Shown here: positions 11,963 to 24,150 of the stretch, piece by piece
Position numbering within the stretch: the stretch's first letter is position 1
Layout: each line of letters opens with the position of its first letter
NCBI RefSeq assembly: GCF_001194135.2
Contig: NC_068984.1
Span: 64,398,647 to 64,451,461 of the forward strand
DNA: 52,815 nucleotides
Direction: 5' to 3'
Source: Octopus bimaculoides
Lineage: Eukaryota
Notes under the pieces: generated by a model
What the model was told of the DNA's origin: nothing
Databases searched by the model: none
Seen by the model: only the letters and a program-made list of their open reading frames with translations
Program-made: the position numbers and the translations under genes

Positions 11963-13054
11963 CTATATACGACAATGATTAGTCTGTTACTTCATATATT
12001 TGACTCTCCAACGACTAAGTATTCCAAAAAATAAGAGCGTGTATTTCTGATCAATTCAGTGAGGATATTGCATATATACGTGATTATAAGCCTGTAAGTA
12101 TAGGCGTGACGTGACAGTGCCCATATTTGATTAATCGAGATATTACCATCACCATATTTGGATTTCTCTTTGCAAGAAAATAATGTATCCTTGGAGCAAA
12201 TTATTTTATTTATTTGCTCATTTCTATATTTTTTTCTTTCATTTCTTTTAATATTCTCGATAGTTCTATCTTCGGAGAATGTTTCCATTTCCCATGACGT
12301 GACTTTATTCTATTTTCTGGTGAAGAGATAAACTGTTTTTGCTGTTGTCATTACGTGAACCAAATTAATATTCATAGTACTTCATTCTTCCCCTCACGAA
12401 ATTTTCTAATTTTCCTCTGACTGAAGACTAGAATATCAGTGCCAACCAATGAGAAAGTTTTTTTCTTCTTTTTTATTGCTATACCTTATTTGCAAATCAA
12501 TGACTCTCGTTGCTTTTCCTTAAATTTCTTATCTCCCTTTGCTTTTTTGCTTTTTTCCTCATAATGTCTCCATTCCTTTCTTTATTTTTTTACTTTAGTT
12601 TGACTTAATTATTATAGTCAATTTACACGTGGCTAAACCCAGTTGCTTCTCGTTTCTTTTTTAAAGTAATCACTATTCCCTTATATTAAGTAATGCTTCC
12701 TTACAACTTAAAGCTGCATTTTCTGTAACATCCCGTACAGTAAATATTTTCACTTGTAAAGCTTCAAAACGACTGAGAGAGGAAAAGAAATATTTAATCT
12801 AACCACAATTGTGATGTCTAATACAAGCGTGATGCCGCGAATGTTTGGCCGAGAGACGATTAGTAAGAACTGTTTCCTTAGTACGTTCTTTATTGCAAAG
12901 TTGATCATAATGAAAAATGAACATGGAATATAAAGATACACAACTAAATATTATAATAAATAATATTATAATATTTTTTTTCCATACGTTTTGACATTTT
13001 ATCATTTTAATCTAAGAAGGAAATATATTCATTTCATATTTATAACCTTGAGCT

Positions 13055-13175
13055 GTTACTCTTTTGTTTCAGTCATTTGGATGCATTACGATGAGGAGAC
13101 AAGTACATCCACCCAGGTGTCACTCAGTGTAACTGAACGTGGTGTCATGTGGTTGAGAAGCAAGCTTCTTACTAC
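13055..13175 (-). mobile_element. SINE family A, old internally deleted copy (tail fused to head)
   Basis: 'cttttgtttcagtcatttggatgc' (tail) directly followed by 'cccaggtgtcactcagtgtaactgaacgtggtgtcatgtggttgagaagcaagcttctta' (head). Confidence 0.55.
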
Positions 13176-13740
13176 GTTTATATAAAAAAATAAACAACAT
13201 GTTGAAAGTTTCAGATGAAGACAACGATATTTCTTAAGTGAACATATTCATTAGTGTTAGTTTGTTATTTGTATTTCGACCGAGAGTAGTATGAGAATAG
13301 TCGCTCAATGGGTGTGACAGAGAGGTGAGAGAATGCTTTTGAAATGTGAGGCAAGTTTCTAAGCGCAATTAAAACATGTATTGTAAAATTCGAAATAGAA
13401 CCTTACAAGGAAGTTTTGACACGAAAACCACAACGGTTCTTTTGTTACTTACTGGTATTTTATCACAGTTGCCACGTTATATATAATTAACTGTAATGTA
13501 TTACCAGGAAAGTGGCTTATCTGCGTAGGCGGTTTAGTGTTGCGATTGTGAAATTACCAAATATTGCAATATTAGCTAAACTGCGAATGAAGATCTAAAC
13601 AAAGATAATGTATAGTCGATCCCAAGGAGATATTTTTTGTATAGTTAAATTTAACTATATCTAAAGAAATGAATACATCTGAATTGGTTACTGTGTATTA
13701 GTAAAACCTTAAGTTAGTTGTTAGGTCATTTGAATCAACT

Positions 13741-14272
13741 TTTTACTCTTTTTTACTTGTTTCAGTCATTTGACTGCGGCCATGCTGGAACACCACCTTT
13801 AATCGAGCAAATCGACCCTAGGACTTATTCTTTGTAAGCCTAGTACTTATTCTATCGGTCTCTTTTGCCGAACCGCTAGCTTACGGGGACGTAAACACAC
13901 CAGCACCGTTTGTCAAACGATGTTGGGGGGGACAAACACAGACACACAAACACACACACACACACACANNNNNNNNNNNNNNNNNNNNNNNNNNNNNNNN
14001 NNNNNNNNNNNNNNNNNNNNNNNNNNNNNNNNNNNNNNNNNNNNNNNNNNNNNNNNNNNNNNNNNNNNNNNNNNNNNNNNNNNNNNNNNNNNNNNNNNNN
14101 NNNNNNNNNNNNNNNNNNNNNNNNNNNNNNNNNNNNNNNNNNNNNNNNNNNNNNCTCACAAGGCTTTGGTTGGCCCGAGGCTATAGTAGAAGACACTTGC
14201 CCAAGGTTCCACGCAGTGGGACTGAAACCAGAACCATGTGGTTGGTAAGCAAGCTACTTACCACACAGCCAC
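13741..14272 (-). mobile_element. SINE family A, full length, low divergence; central microsatellite falls in the N-gap
   Basis: Minus strand reads GTGGCTGTGTGGTAAGTAGCTTGCTTACCAACCACATGGTTCTGGTTTCAGTCCC (A- and B-box-like), then body, (GT)n, and tail GTTCCAGCATGGCCGCAGTCAAATGACTGAAACAAGTAAAAAA. Confidence 0.9.
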
Positions 14273-14734
14273 AATGATTTAGTCTTTTATATAGTATTAT
14301 CCATCTCTACTGAAATAGATGGTGCAAGAGTTCCCCCCATCACTAGAAGAGTTGAACACGGGATCTAAAAGCTTATCGCATTTCATAATGTCTGAATAGG
14401 ACTGCGTTAATACCTACTACTACTTGCTAAGAATCTGAGGCTCGGTTTAGAGAAGCCCAAGAGAATTAAATGGTTTTGGAGACTAATGCAAGTCAACATA
14501 GAATTTAATTTTGAGTTTTCTTTTCATTTTGCTTTTATGAGCCAATTTACCAAAAACAAATTCAATGAAATTTTAATTATTTTATAAAAATTCGCAACTT
14601 TACATGAAGGTAAAAGAAATCCTAATTCTTTTCTCTTCGGAAAGATAAAATACAAATCCAGTTCAGCAGGATATTTTAAACAGAACATAGGGAGATGAAG
14701 CTTAATTACACATAATATGTAGGACATAACACTG

Positions 14735-14985
14735 TCCTGGGAGCAGGGTTGCAGGGAGTGCAATTGCACCTCCTAAATATTTTTTTGGTTGGGGATGGGG
14801 AATCAAAATATGCAGGCGTATTACTTTCCTCGGGTATAGTAAAGCGTATATAAAAAGTAGCTTGAAGTTAGGTTTCTTCTCAATGAACAAAGATAAATAA
14901 AAAAAAAAGACCTTGTTAGTAAGAAAAAAAATATTTTGGACCGGGGTTTACATCCCCTAACGAAATTTCGTTCCCGAGCCAATGC
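14735..14985. mobile_element. Possible old non-autonomous DNA-transposon remnant (hAT-like MITE?)
   Basis: G-rich left end with palindrome gtgcaattgcac (14758-14769) and C-rich right end with palindrome aacgaaatttcgtt (14959-14972); TIR match is poor and no TSD was seen. Confidence 0.3.
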
Positions 14986-15127
14986 ATGTAGACTGGTACT
15001 GTCATGGTAATTTTTTGTCATCTTATTATACACACGAGTGACAGATATTTTATAGTATGAATGTGTAACTATGTTACACATGCATAATATAGATTAAAGG
15101 TTTTAAAATTAAACTATTTCTGACGCT

Positions 15128-15250
15128 TTATTTTACCGACCCTCGAGAAAGTTGCATAAATTGGAATCCGACTAGTATTGAACGCTGAATACAAGATGAG
15201 AATGCAGTAGGATTTAGTCTCATTGTAGCAATTCGCTATCCTTAACCTCC
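15128..15250 (-). mobile_element. SINE family B, highly decayed
   Basis: 'ttattttaccgaccctcgagaaagttgcataaattggaatccgactagtattgaacgctgaa' is a weak match to the reverse-strand B core. Confidence 0.4.
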
Positions 15251-15300
15251 CACTAAACAGCCGCAAAACCAAGTGTTTCGTAAACGCGTGACTATTTATC

Positions 15301-15331
15301 TCTTCTTCTTCTTCTTCTTCTTCTTCTTCTT
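15301..15331. repeat. (TCT)n microsatellite
   Basis: About 10 perfect units read directly. Confidence 0.95.
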
Positions 15332-15789
15332 GACTCAGTACTTATTTATTTATCCTATTAATTTTTTTTTCTATAAGAATCTGTCCTAAAACTTCATAAA
15401 AAAATGTGATTATGATTTCTGAAAAATATAAACTGACAGAATAGCAAAAAATTTTGTTGCATACTTCAGTTTGAATTAAAGGAAAACACGTTTTTTGGAG
15501 ACAGATTTTATATATTTTCATCATTATACGTACACCCACATAAACGCACTATGCTAAGCATATTTATTTATTTATTTGTTACTGATTTATGTTTTAATAT
15601 TTGCTTATATTATTTTTTTCAGGTTTCTATTACTTTTTAGAGACTGAATCTATTGGTAGTATTATTTTGTTACTAAAAGACTTTATATTTTACTTTATGA
15701 ATTTTATTTGTGATTTTAAATTATTACGCAACACGTAAAGCAGCAATTCTAACAAAAGTTTCATTCAGCAAGAGCTCTGTCATAGGCAA

Positions 15790-16310
15790 CATTTCCTGTT
15801 CTGCGAGCATGATGAAAATGTCTTCTTAGAGCAGTACCTGAACTTGCAATACAAGCAACAAAGAAAAAACAGAACATAGACTTGACTGTCCAGCTATGAT
15901 AATCTTCAAGTACTATCTTTCGTACATGTTGATGATGCTAGGAAACATAACTCTGGCACCTGTAGTCGTTAGAAATGAAATAGCATATTTTCCAGAGATA
16001 AGAGGTAATTCATAAAATAAAAATATCTGAGCACGAGTTACAATTGTGGTTTCTGGTCACCGGAACCATAAAAGTTTCGGCAGCTACCAAATAAAGTTGT
16101 GTGAAATATTTGATAAACATGAAGTGTACTGCATTTTCAATGAGAATCAATGTTTGGTTGTACATAGCGGAGGTAAATTTTACGTGCGGGATTTTTCCTT
16201 GTTGAGCTTGGTGTACTGTCATGCTGTCTTGTTGATTAAATCTAAGTTGTAAACGATTTGATGGTAAACATATATAGAACATAATAGCACAAGTGATTCT
16301 CATCTTGCTT
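15790..16310 (-). pseudogene. Helitron RepHel remnant (Rep-helicase linker and start of the PIF1-like helicase)
   Basis: ORF 16010-16303 contains AIMFYICLPSNRLQLRFNQQDSMT...FTSAMYNQTLILIENAV, resembling recalled Helitron 'AIILTTCxPSNPxxLWEKYKDxMT...FTxxxYNEALILIED'. Downstream VACIASSGTA (15859-15830) resembles the helicase 'ALAxASSGIAA' motif. Confidence 0.65.
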
Positions 16311-16519
16311 GAAAACGCGATTTTGGAGCGTTTCCCAAGATATCTATTTCAGTCTGTATAATCTAAAAAGTATCTTAACATTCGGACAATATTGCAGAAA
16401 CTTATCAATCAACTGTACAACTGTGCGTGTGTGTAATATATATACATATAGTATGACAGCAAAAGAAAGAATGAGACATCAATATTATGTAAATAGATGA
16501 ATTTATCTGTAACATAATA

Positions 16520-16605
16520 TGTGACAATTATTCGGTTGCCATAATAAAGCTCCGAGTTTCGGATGTCGGGGCGGAAAACTGCTCCAGCATCTCGTCAGTT
16601 ATTAA
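16520..16605 (-). ncRNA. Degenerate type I hammerhead-ribozyme-like motif
   Basis: Minus strand: CTGACGA-GATGCTGGAGCAG TTTT CCGCCCCGACATC-C-GAAA-CTCGG...CCGAATA. Core boxes are intact; stem II pairs 10 of 13; stem III TCGG/CCGA; stem I is weak. Confidence 0.45.
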
Positions 16606-16715
16606 GACAAACAAAGATGCTATGAAAATGACCGTTAAACAAAGGGAAATTACTATGTAGATGACCGTTATTAAAACAAACAAAAGAGCTATTAGAATGA
16701 CCGTTAAATAAAAGG
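16601..16715. repeat. Short higher-order tandem repeat (36/33/36-bp units ending in ATGACCGTT)
   Basis: atgaccgtt at 16628, 16661 and 16697; unit 1 attaagacaaacaaagatgctatgaaaatgaccgtt resembles unit 3 attaaaacaaacaaaagagctattagaatgaccgtt. Confidence 0.8.
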
Positions 16716-17004
16716 CAAAAAACCACATGGGGAGAAAGTAAAAGACGCACATAGAATTCGCGTATGCATGCATGTACATACACATGCGCGCACGCACACC
16801 CATGCACATGTGCCTATATGCATATGCTCACTCACACTCGCGTGAAACACATACATGCACACCCACACACACGTGCCTTTATGTGCACATATATATGCAA
16901 CCATACACGTGTACACATATACATATCTGCACACACGCACACACACACACACGTATACATACCCATACGTGCACAATTATATTCATATACATGGAGAAGG
17001 CATA

Positions 17005-17980
17005 CGCGACCTCATTGGACTATTCCTACTCGATACGTTGGGTAAGACGTTTCCTGATGTTTCACCATTTGCAAAGATGATGCCCTAGCTTTAACCACAA
17101 ATACCACTGGACCAGCACAAAATCGGTTTAGGAAGGACATTATCCAAATGATGAAAACTTTCGGCATTAGCATAACTACAGATACCAACCTGATGGTTGT
17201 CAATTTCCTAGATGTATCCTTAGATTTAAATAAAAATATTTAGAAACCTTATATGAAGCCCAACAATAGACTTAGTTATATTAATATAGGTTCCTGCCAT
17301 CCCCCCATAGTGTTTACAAATTTAGTTAAAAACATTAGCAAAAGAATTTCTAGCCTCTCCTACGATAGGGACATTTTTAATATTGTTGCCCCAGTATATA
17401 AGAATGCTCTAAAAGATAGTGGATTTAGCGAGGAAATCACCTATACAACTGTTACCAGTCCAACAATAAAGAAAAAGAAACAGTAATAGGAAACCTATCT
17501 GGTTCACACCCTCTTACTCCCCCGAAGTGACTTTTAATATAGGTAAATATTTCTTACCACTTATAGATAGACATTTTCCAATCAGTCATAGTTACAGAAA
17601 GCTCTTAAATAGACATAACTTAAAAATCAGTTTTAGCTCAACTACTAATTTTAAAAATATAATCATACACAACACACAACAACAACAAAATGAAACCAGC
17701 TGTTCATGCAAGGATAAAAATTTGTGCTCGCTAAATGGAGCTTGCATGTCTAAGATCATCATTTATGGAGCCACTGTAGACTCTACAACCGCTAAGGGCA
17801 TAGTTTCATCAAAGAAATATGTGGGTCTCACAGAGGGGAATTTTAAAGCCAGGTTCAACAATCACCCTTTGAGCTTCAGACACTGGGATCAAAGAAAAAC
17901 AACCAAACTATCCAGTCATATATGGTTCTTAAAAGAAAAAGGTGTCAATTACAACATCCATTGGAAGGTCTTAGCCAACG
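17005..17980 (+). mobile_element. Penelope-like element: RT C-terminal part plus GIY-YIG endonuclease, with frameshifts and stops
   Basis: DLIGLFLL..KDDALA..VVNFLDVSLDL..KPYMKPN..SCHPP; RKPIWFTPSYS..NIGKYFL.LIDRHFP; CSCKDKNLCSLNGAC..IIYGATV..KYVGLTEGNFKARFNNH..TKLSSHIWFLK. This is the PLE RT-thumb/GIY-YIG arrangement. Confidence 0.93.
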
Positions 17981-18939
17981 GTCTTTGTGATATAGAAAGA
18001 TGGCTCATCTGGAGATATTTTCTTTCCTTTGTGGCATGATGAGTGAAACTCTAGATTTATCTACGCATAGACAGCTTAGAAATCCCGGGCTGCGGTTTTC
18101 TGAACTGATATGTCAAACAGTTTGTTCAGTACAAAGGAACCTGATCAACTTACTTTGTCAATTCTTTATAAAACACTTTTCACTTCACATCGAGGAATAT
18201 CAGCAACACTAATCAAGAGATGATACTTTTTGTTCCCTAGCCTCTTGCAGACCTACCAAGCTCCAGTCCAGTATCTCGGCTCTTTACTCCATGAGTTTTT
18301 GCTCCAGTAAATTCATTAACACACGGAGGGCGCCGGGGCTGTATCCGTAAAACTTCTTTTATTTGCTAATCTTACCTTCCTCATGAAAGATCCCTCTTGT
18401 TTGACTATGAAATCAGAAATATCGAACCTGGCCACGGGCTCATGTAGAATAACTCATAGCTAAGCGCAGGAGAAAGTGAATCTTCTGAACGGAGTCCGAG
18501 AAACCACTGAGAAGATAGCCCTCAAGTTCTTCAGATATGTTTAAAGACTCTTGCTTTGTTCAAGCAAGACTTTCATGAACTTAAAAGGGTTATGCATAAC
18601 ATATTCGTGAGAATTCCATCATTTTGCTCTTTTCTGTGCATTTTCCGCTCTTTAGTATTCATGGAATTTCATTTTTAACTCGCCCAATAAAGATCAGATG
18701 AATTGATTAAATCGCTACGTGGTTAAATTTACTTCTCAACATTCGCTATGCATTTTTCGGAACTGATATTTCCACATATACCTTCTATTGTCCCCCGCCA
18801 ACAAGACAGCAGACTAAATCGTAATGACACTGCCGTGATATAGCGTATTTTCGGTGTTTGAAACCTAGCACAAGTGGTTTGACGGCAGCTGATTCCTTTC
18901 AGAGAGAACGAATTAGGAAGAAGGAAGTGACTAAAGTTC

Positions 18940-19020
18940 TACATTGGTAATTTATCCATCAATCTTGAACGGATAGAGGTCGAAGCTGATCTCAATGCAA
19001 TTCGAAATCAGAACACATAT
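18940..19020 (-). mobile_element. SINE family B fragment
   Basis: 'ttggtaatttatccatcaatcttgaacggatagaggtcgaagctgatctcaatgcaattcgaaatcagaac' follows the reverse-strand B core. Confidence 0.45.
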
Positions 19021-19134
19021 CCAGGGCAAATGCAACAAATACTGCAAAATATCCTACATGAAGTTATGACTCTGTTTATTCACTCACATGCACGCATATA
19101 TGTATATGCATGCGCACACACACACACAAACATC

Positions 19135-19167
<33 letters not shown>

Positions 19168-21423
19168 TAGTATTTATTGATTTTTTTTTGCATATATTTT
19201 TTTTGTTTTCGCTTTCTCGTCTGCAAGACAATGGAAGTGTAGTAATTTTAAGGCAGAAATTGTTATGGCAGTAATAACATTAATTACAAAATAAGAACTT
19301 CACGTTTTATCTGAGATCTAATAGCTGCAATGTTGCTAGTAGTAAGGGAGTTTAAAAAATATTCTTACTGATAAATCTGGCTTTTGTTTTCTAAAATCAT
19401 TTTTCCTGATTTTTTTTTCACTTCTCTTTGAATTCTTCTTGATTCTCTTGTATTCTGTTCTGCATATTTATTTATTTCATTTTATTTTTCTATATATATA
19501 TTTATTTATTTCGTTGTTCTTAAGCGAAATAATAATAGATTCTTTATTTTCGGGGATCGTTTGATGTGGATACCAGCTAGTATTTGTTGCTATTAGAAAC
19601 GAACATAAACTAAGGTGTAATGAACGAAGAATTTTCTTAAAATCAATAGTGATGTGATATTGATTTCTTACGTAGGTTCAAGGCTTGAGTAATTATAGAA
19701 TATACATAAGAATGAGTAAGTGACAGGACACACATATCTTCTGAAAGGTCAACTATGAAGTAATTTGGCTTCTACTGTGAACTGAATCAGCTTTATGGAT
19801 TTGGTGTACGAACCCACCGATAACACCGTCACAAAATGTAATTTTAGGTCTCCCAATCAGATGCTGCTACACCTATCAACGGCTTGAGAATCTGGTCTGT
19901 CATGTTCCAAGTGACAGGTATTTAAATACTTTTCATTCGTAGAAGCAGTGTAGTTTGCATATGAAGGAGTGATAAATTATGTCGATTTGTGCCATCGGGG
20001 TGTGAGTATGCGTGTTGGCGAGCGATTTTATTGTTACAACTTCCAGAGCGCGTTAATTTACTAAAGATTGCAGGAGCGCTACTCTAATTTTGACGCACAC
20101 CAGGGTTGGTAGCATGTCTGATCCTAGTATATTTTGCCAACATGCTCTACATATTTTCAAGGGACAAATAACCTGGAAGAGAAGGAGGGGACAAAGTGGA
20201 AAAGTTCAATGAAAATAGGCTAGCAAGGATGAAAGTATGAATACTACCACCCTTACAGATGACTGCTTTACTTGGTTAAAATGGATTGATACGTTTTCAC
20301 GTAGTATGGTAGTGTACAAACAAACAGTGAGACAGTTCGTAGCAAAAAGGAAGATCAAAGTGCTTTATGTTTTGTTGTAATTGAGCACCTTCGAATTGAA
20401 AACAAAGTAGTGGATGAATATCACGCTTTATCTGCATGTGTGCAGCTTACAGTCATATTTGTTGAGGAATAGTTAGAAAATTTGAACAGAAAATTCAACC
20501 GTATTCTTGAATATTGGAGAAATATTTGGACTGCATGATGTGCGAGAAAATTTTGGATTGCTCGATGTCCTTAGCTGGTCATCTTGTATTCATTCAAAGG
20601 GTGTGGGAATGCTTCCTAGTTGATGATTTATCTATATCACATTCAGGTATTGTAGGATGTATTGTTCTGAACAAGTGTAGCACGAAAGTTGCGCTTCAGC
20701 TATTTTAGAATTATAGTTTAGAGGTTCAGTTATAATAAAGTATGGAGGATTAAACCAAGTTTGTTCAGTTACCGGCTTAACTGTCTCGAACGTATTTGGG
20801 GTGGAAATCATTTGTCAGCAAGGTTAGTTGGCAATTAATTCAGTTAGTCAAAGGAAGAGAAGAGGTGAAGTACCCATAACTTGTCACAAGCAATGTCCTT
20901 TAACTCCTGAAACAGTTCCCCTAAGTTTTGCTGGGCTTCTCAAAACTGGCGGAGTTTCAATCTATTGGATTCTTATAGTTCAAGGAACGAAGATTATTGT
21001 TCAATATGTTAACTTTGGATGTGCTGCAAAAAGAAACCGTAATGGTGCTGTAAAGCTTGGGTTCAGATATGTAAAAAAGAGCAGTTGTTCTGCCATTGTT
21101 GAATTGTTAGCCCGGGAAATTATATACCTTATCTTTTAGAGATTCTGCAATCCACACTCACTATATTATTTTTTATTAGGAAATCTTACAAAATATGCGA
21201 ATAACACCATGATCATTTTCACTCCTCAGTATCAAGCTTTGCTTTGTGTGACAGTCATTTTATAAAAGTAATGGATGATAAAACATGCTACTCTTAACAT
21301 CAATAGAGAATTTATGGATGTGATGTAGATAGTGGTGTCTGATGGGCTACAGAAGATTTAATAGACTTTGAAATATTTAACACTATCCCACAAAAACTGC
21401 TGATTTCACGTGTGTGCGTGTGT

Positions 21424-21474
<51 letters not shown>

Positions 21475-22550
21475 CTAAGTTTAGAACTAAAACAAAATCT
21501 CTCTTTGATTAAAAGAAGTATACTCCATTATGTTACAGTATATTCACTATTATAAGACCGTTTCAAATTCATAAACTCTGCACGAAAAAGCTTTTAAGTA
21601 GTTAGCATTAATAGGAACTGAAGAATGCGTTCTGCGATATATAATGTTTATGATGAAAATATACTCTCCTCCATAAACTCTTGATGCATAAATGACGTTA
21701 GTTATAGGATAACCCAATATTTCTTCCCTGGATATGTAAATTGACATAGGTTACGTTAAGTGTTCGTCGAAGGATCTTCTGCCCATTACAGAATGCAACG
21801 ACCTGAGATCCTGATACATTATGCTTGAGGTAACACCTGTAAGTGGATTGCTACATAATTGTGCATGCGATGAAGTGATTGCATATGTATGTACGTATGT
21901 GTGTGTTTGAGTGCGTGCGTACGTGCTCATGCTAGCGCTCGCGCATATAAACAAATGTTTTTGCCAGTTAAACAGCATTGTTATTCTTTTACGCGTGCTG
22001 AAATGATATGCATAATTATTGATGATAATTTCAATAATTCAACACTGCATCTCAAAGAATCTTTGTATACATTCTCTCTGGAATATTCAATTAATTTTTG
22101 TGAAAGAAATATTAACAAAATAATAATGATGATAATAATAAAGCCAAGAAAGTATGTTGACTTATTTTTAATCATTTTGTTTTCTTAGTTTTTTGTTTTT
22201 GTTTGCTCGGGAAAAATTGATAATCAAATCTATTTTCTTAGAATCATTATCTCATGAGAATTGCTTATCACTGGTTTCATTGATTCAATAGTTTCTTAAA
22301 AAATATCTTTATCAGAGATCTAAAGAATGGAAAGGGAGAAAAAAGATAATATAAACTTAAAAACTAGTTACCAATGATAGATTTATCTAGATGAACCTGC
22401 ATCGTGTAGCAATGAGATGGCTGAGGGTACCTAAAAAAAAAAACTAAGTATCGAAGAAGCGATTGTAAAACTCGAAGGAAGGAACGGCATATTCCTCGCC
22501 TTTATAAATCTCACCATAGCAACCTGGATATGTGTGTTTGCATGCGTGCG

Positions 22551-22587
<37 letters not shown>

Positions 22588-23047
22588 NNNNNNNNNNNNN
22601 NNNNNNNNNNNNNNNNNNNNNNNNNNNNNNNNNNNNNNNNNNNNNNNNNNNNNNNNNNNNNNNNNNNNNNNNNNNNNNNNNNNNNNNNNNNNNNNNNNNN
22701 NNNNNNNNNNNNNNNNNNNNNNNNNNNNNNNNNNNNNNNNNNNNNNNNNNNNNNNNNNNNNNNNNNNNNNNNNNNNNNNNNNNNNNNNNNNNNNNNNNNN
22801 NNNNNNNNNNNNNNNNNNNNNNNNNNNNNNNNNNNNNNNNNNNNNNNNNNNNNNNNNNNNNNNNNNNNNNNNNNNNNNNNNNNNNNNNNNNNNNNNNNNN
22901 NNNNNNNNNNNNNNNNNNNNNNNNNNNNNNNNNNNNNNNNNNNNNNNNNNNNNNNNNNNNNNNNNNNNNNNNNNNNNNNNNNNNNNNNNNNNNNNNNNNN
23001 NNNNACACACACATATATGCATAAATATATATATAATTTGCATATAC

Positions 23048-23083
<36 letters not shown>

Positions 23084-23105
23084 ATATATATATATATATA
23101 TATAT

Positions 23106-23477
23106 GTTTGTCATCGTACTATGGCCACGCTGCAGCACCACCTTGAAGGTTTTAGTCGAACAAAATATATGAATGCTTAATTTTAAGTCTGGTACTTATT
23201 CTAACGGCTTCTTTTGCTGAACTGATAAAGTTAGGAGAGCCCAAACAAACCAACAGAGGCTGTCGAGTGGTAGCGAAGAGAAGTACAAAAAACATGAGCA
23301 CAAACACACACACTTATATAAACTTAATTTCCGTCTACCAAATTCACACACAAGACACTGGTAGGTCCTGGTCTACACAAGTAGACGTTACCACTGCGTG
23401 GTAGCGCAGTCAGATTGAAACCGAAAGTGCAAAGTTTCAAAGCGACTTCTTAGCCACACAGCCATGCCTGTGCCTAT
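23106..23477 (-). mobile_element. SINE family A, full length, old
   Basis: Tail 'atggccacgctgcagcaccaccttgaagg', body 'ggtacttattctaacgg..ttttgctgaac', 'ttccgtctaccaaattcacacacaag', head 'cttcttagccacacagccatgcctgtgcc'. Confidence 0.8.
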
Positions 23478-23903
23478 TTATGCATGTATTTGTATCTGTA
23501 GGCATAGGTACGTATTTCTGTAAATATTTCCTATCTTAGTAGCTAACTTAGTGCTCTGACCATATATAATCTGAAAAAACTTCATAAACTTGTTCATATT
23601 TCAAAAGGTTTTAACTGAGGAAGATCTCACGTAATGGATGCATTTTCTATTATGTATTACACGGATCCGAAACGTGTGTATCAAATCATTTCAAAATATC
23701 ACTCTTTGGTTTGACTTCATTATTACAACTAATACGACTCGATGCCAGGACAAACAAAATGGCCCAAATCCCACTTGTGTGGATACTCTAACGACGATTT
23801 GGAGTAGTCTATGTTTAACCAGTCGAAAACTCAGGTACCATGCACTGCTTCTTAGCATAACACTGTGTGTGTGCATGCATGTATGTTTAGATATATATAT
23901 ATA

Positions 23904-24150
23904 TTGGGTTGGTACATAATTATTGCGGCTTTTTTTCAACAAATTTTATTCAACAAAAACAATAACAATATTTAACAAAAACATCTTTAAATGACTGTCT
24001 GACCGTCTGCCAAGCAAATGGGAAGCAGTAATTGAAGTAGATGGTGAATATGTTCCGGAATAATCAAAGATGTTTTTGTTACATGTTGTTATTGTTGTTG
24101 TTAAATAAAATTTATTGAAAAAAAGGCGCAATAGCTATGTACCAACCCAA
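23904..24150. mobile_element. Mariner-derived MITE, 247 bp, with 85-bp inverted arms
   Basis: Arms 23904-23988 and 24066-24150 match 77/85 and start ttgggttggtacata, with TA on both flanks. The spacer encodes DRLPSKWEAVIEVDGEYVPE* (stop at 24061-24063), a mariner transposase C-terminus. Confidence 0.93.

Noticed and set aside
14200-14272. tRNA-like sequence
   Set aside because: It is the tRNA-derived head of SINE A: A/B-box-like motifs but no complete cloverleaf, and it is attached to the SINE body in every copy.
16601-16715. Regularly spaced ATGACCGTT and ~75-bp (30009-30186) repeats as possible CRISPR arrays
   Set aside because: The intervening sequences are homologous to each other rather than unique spacers, there are no cas genes, and the context is eukaryotic.
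18200-18345. Minus-strand LRVLMNL...DWSLVGLQEAR resembling an APE endonuclease N-terminus
   Set aside because: A single short motif, with short N-to-E spacing, an in-frame stop and no further APE motifs; needs an HMM search before calling.
20100-21150. Mid-GC non-repetitive block with ORFs 20514-20708 and 20828-21139
   Set aside because: No recognisable motif or consistent splice structure in any frame; possibly an ancient TE or non-coding DNA.
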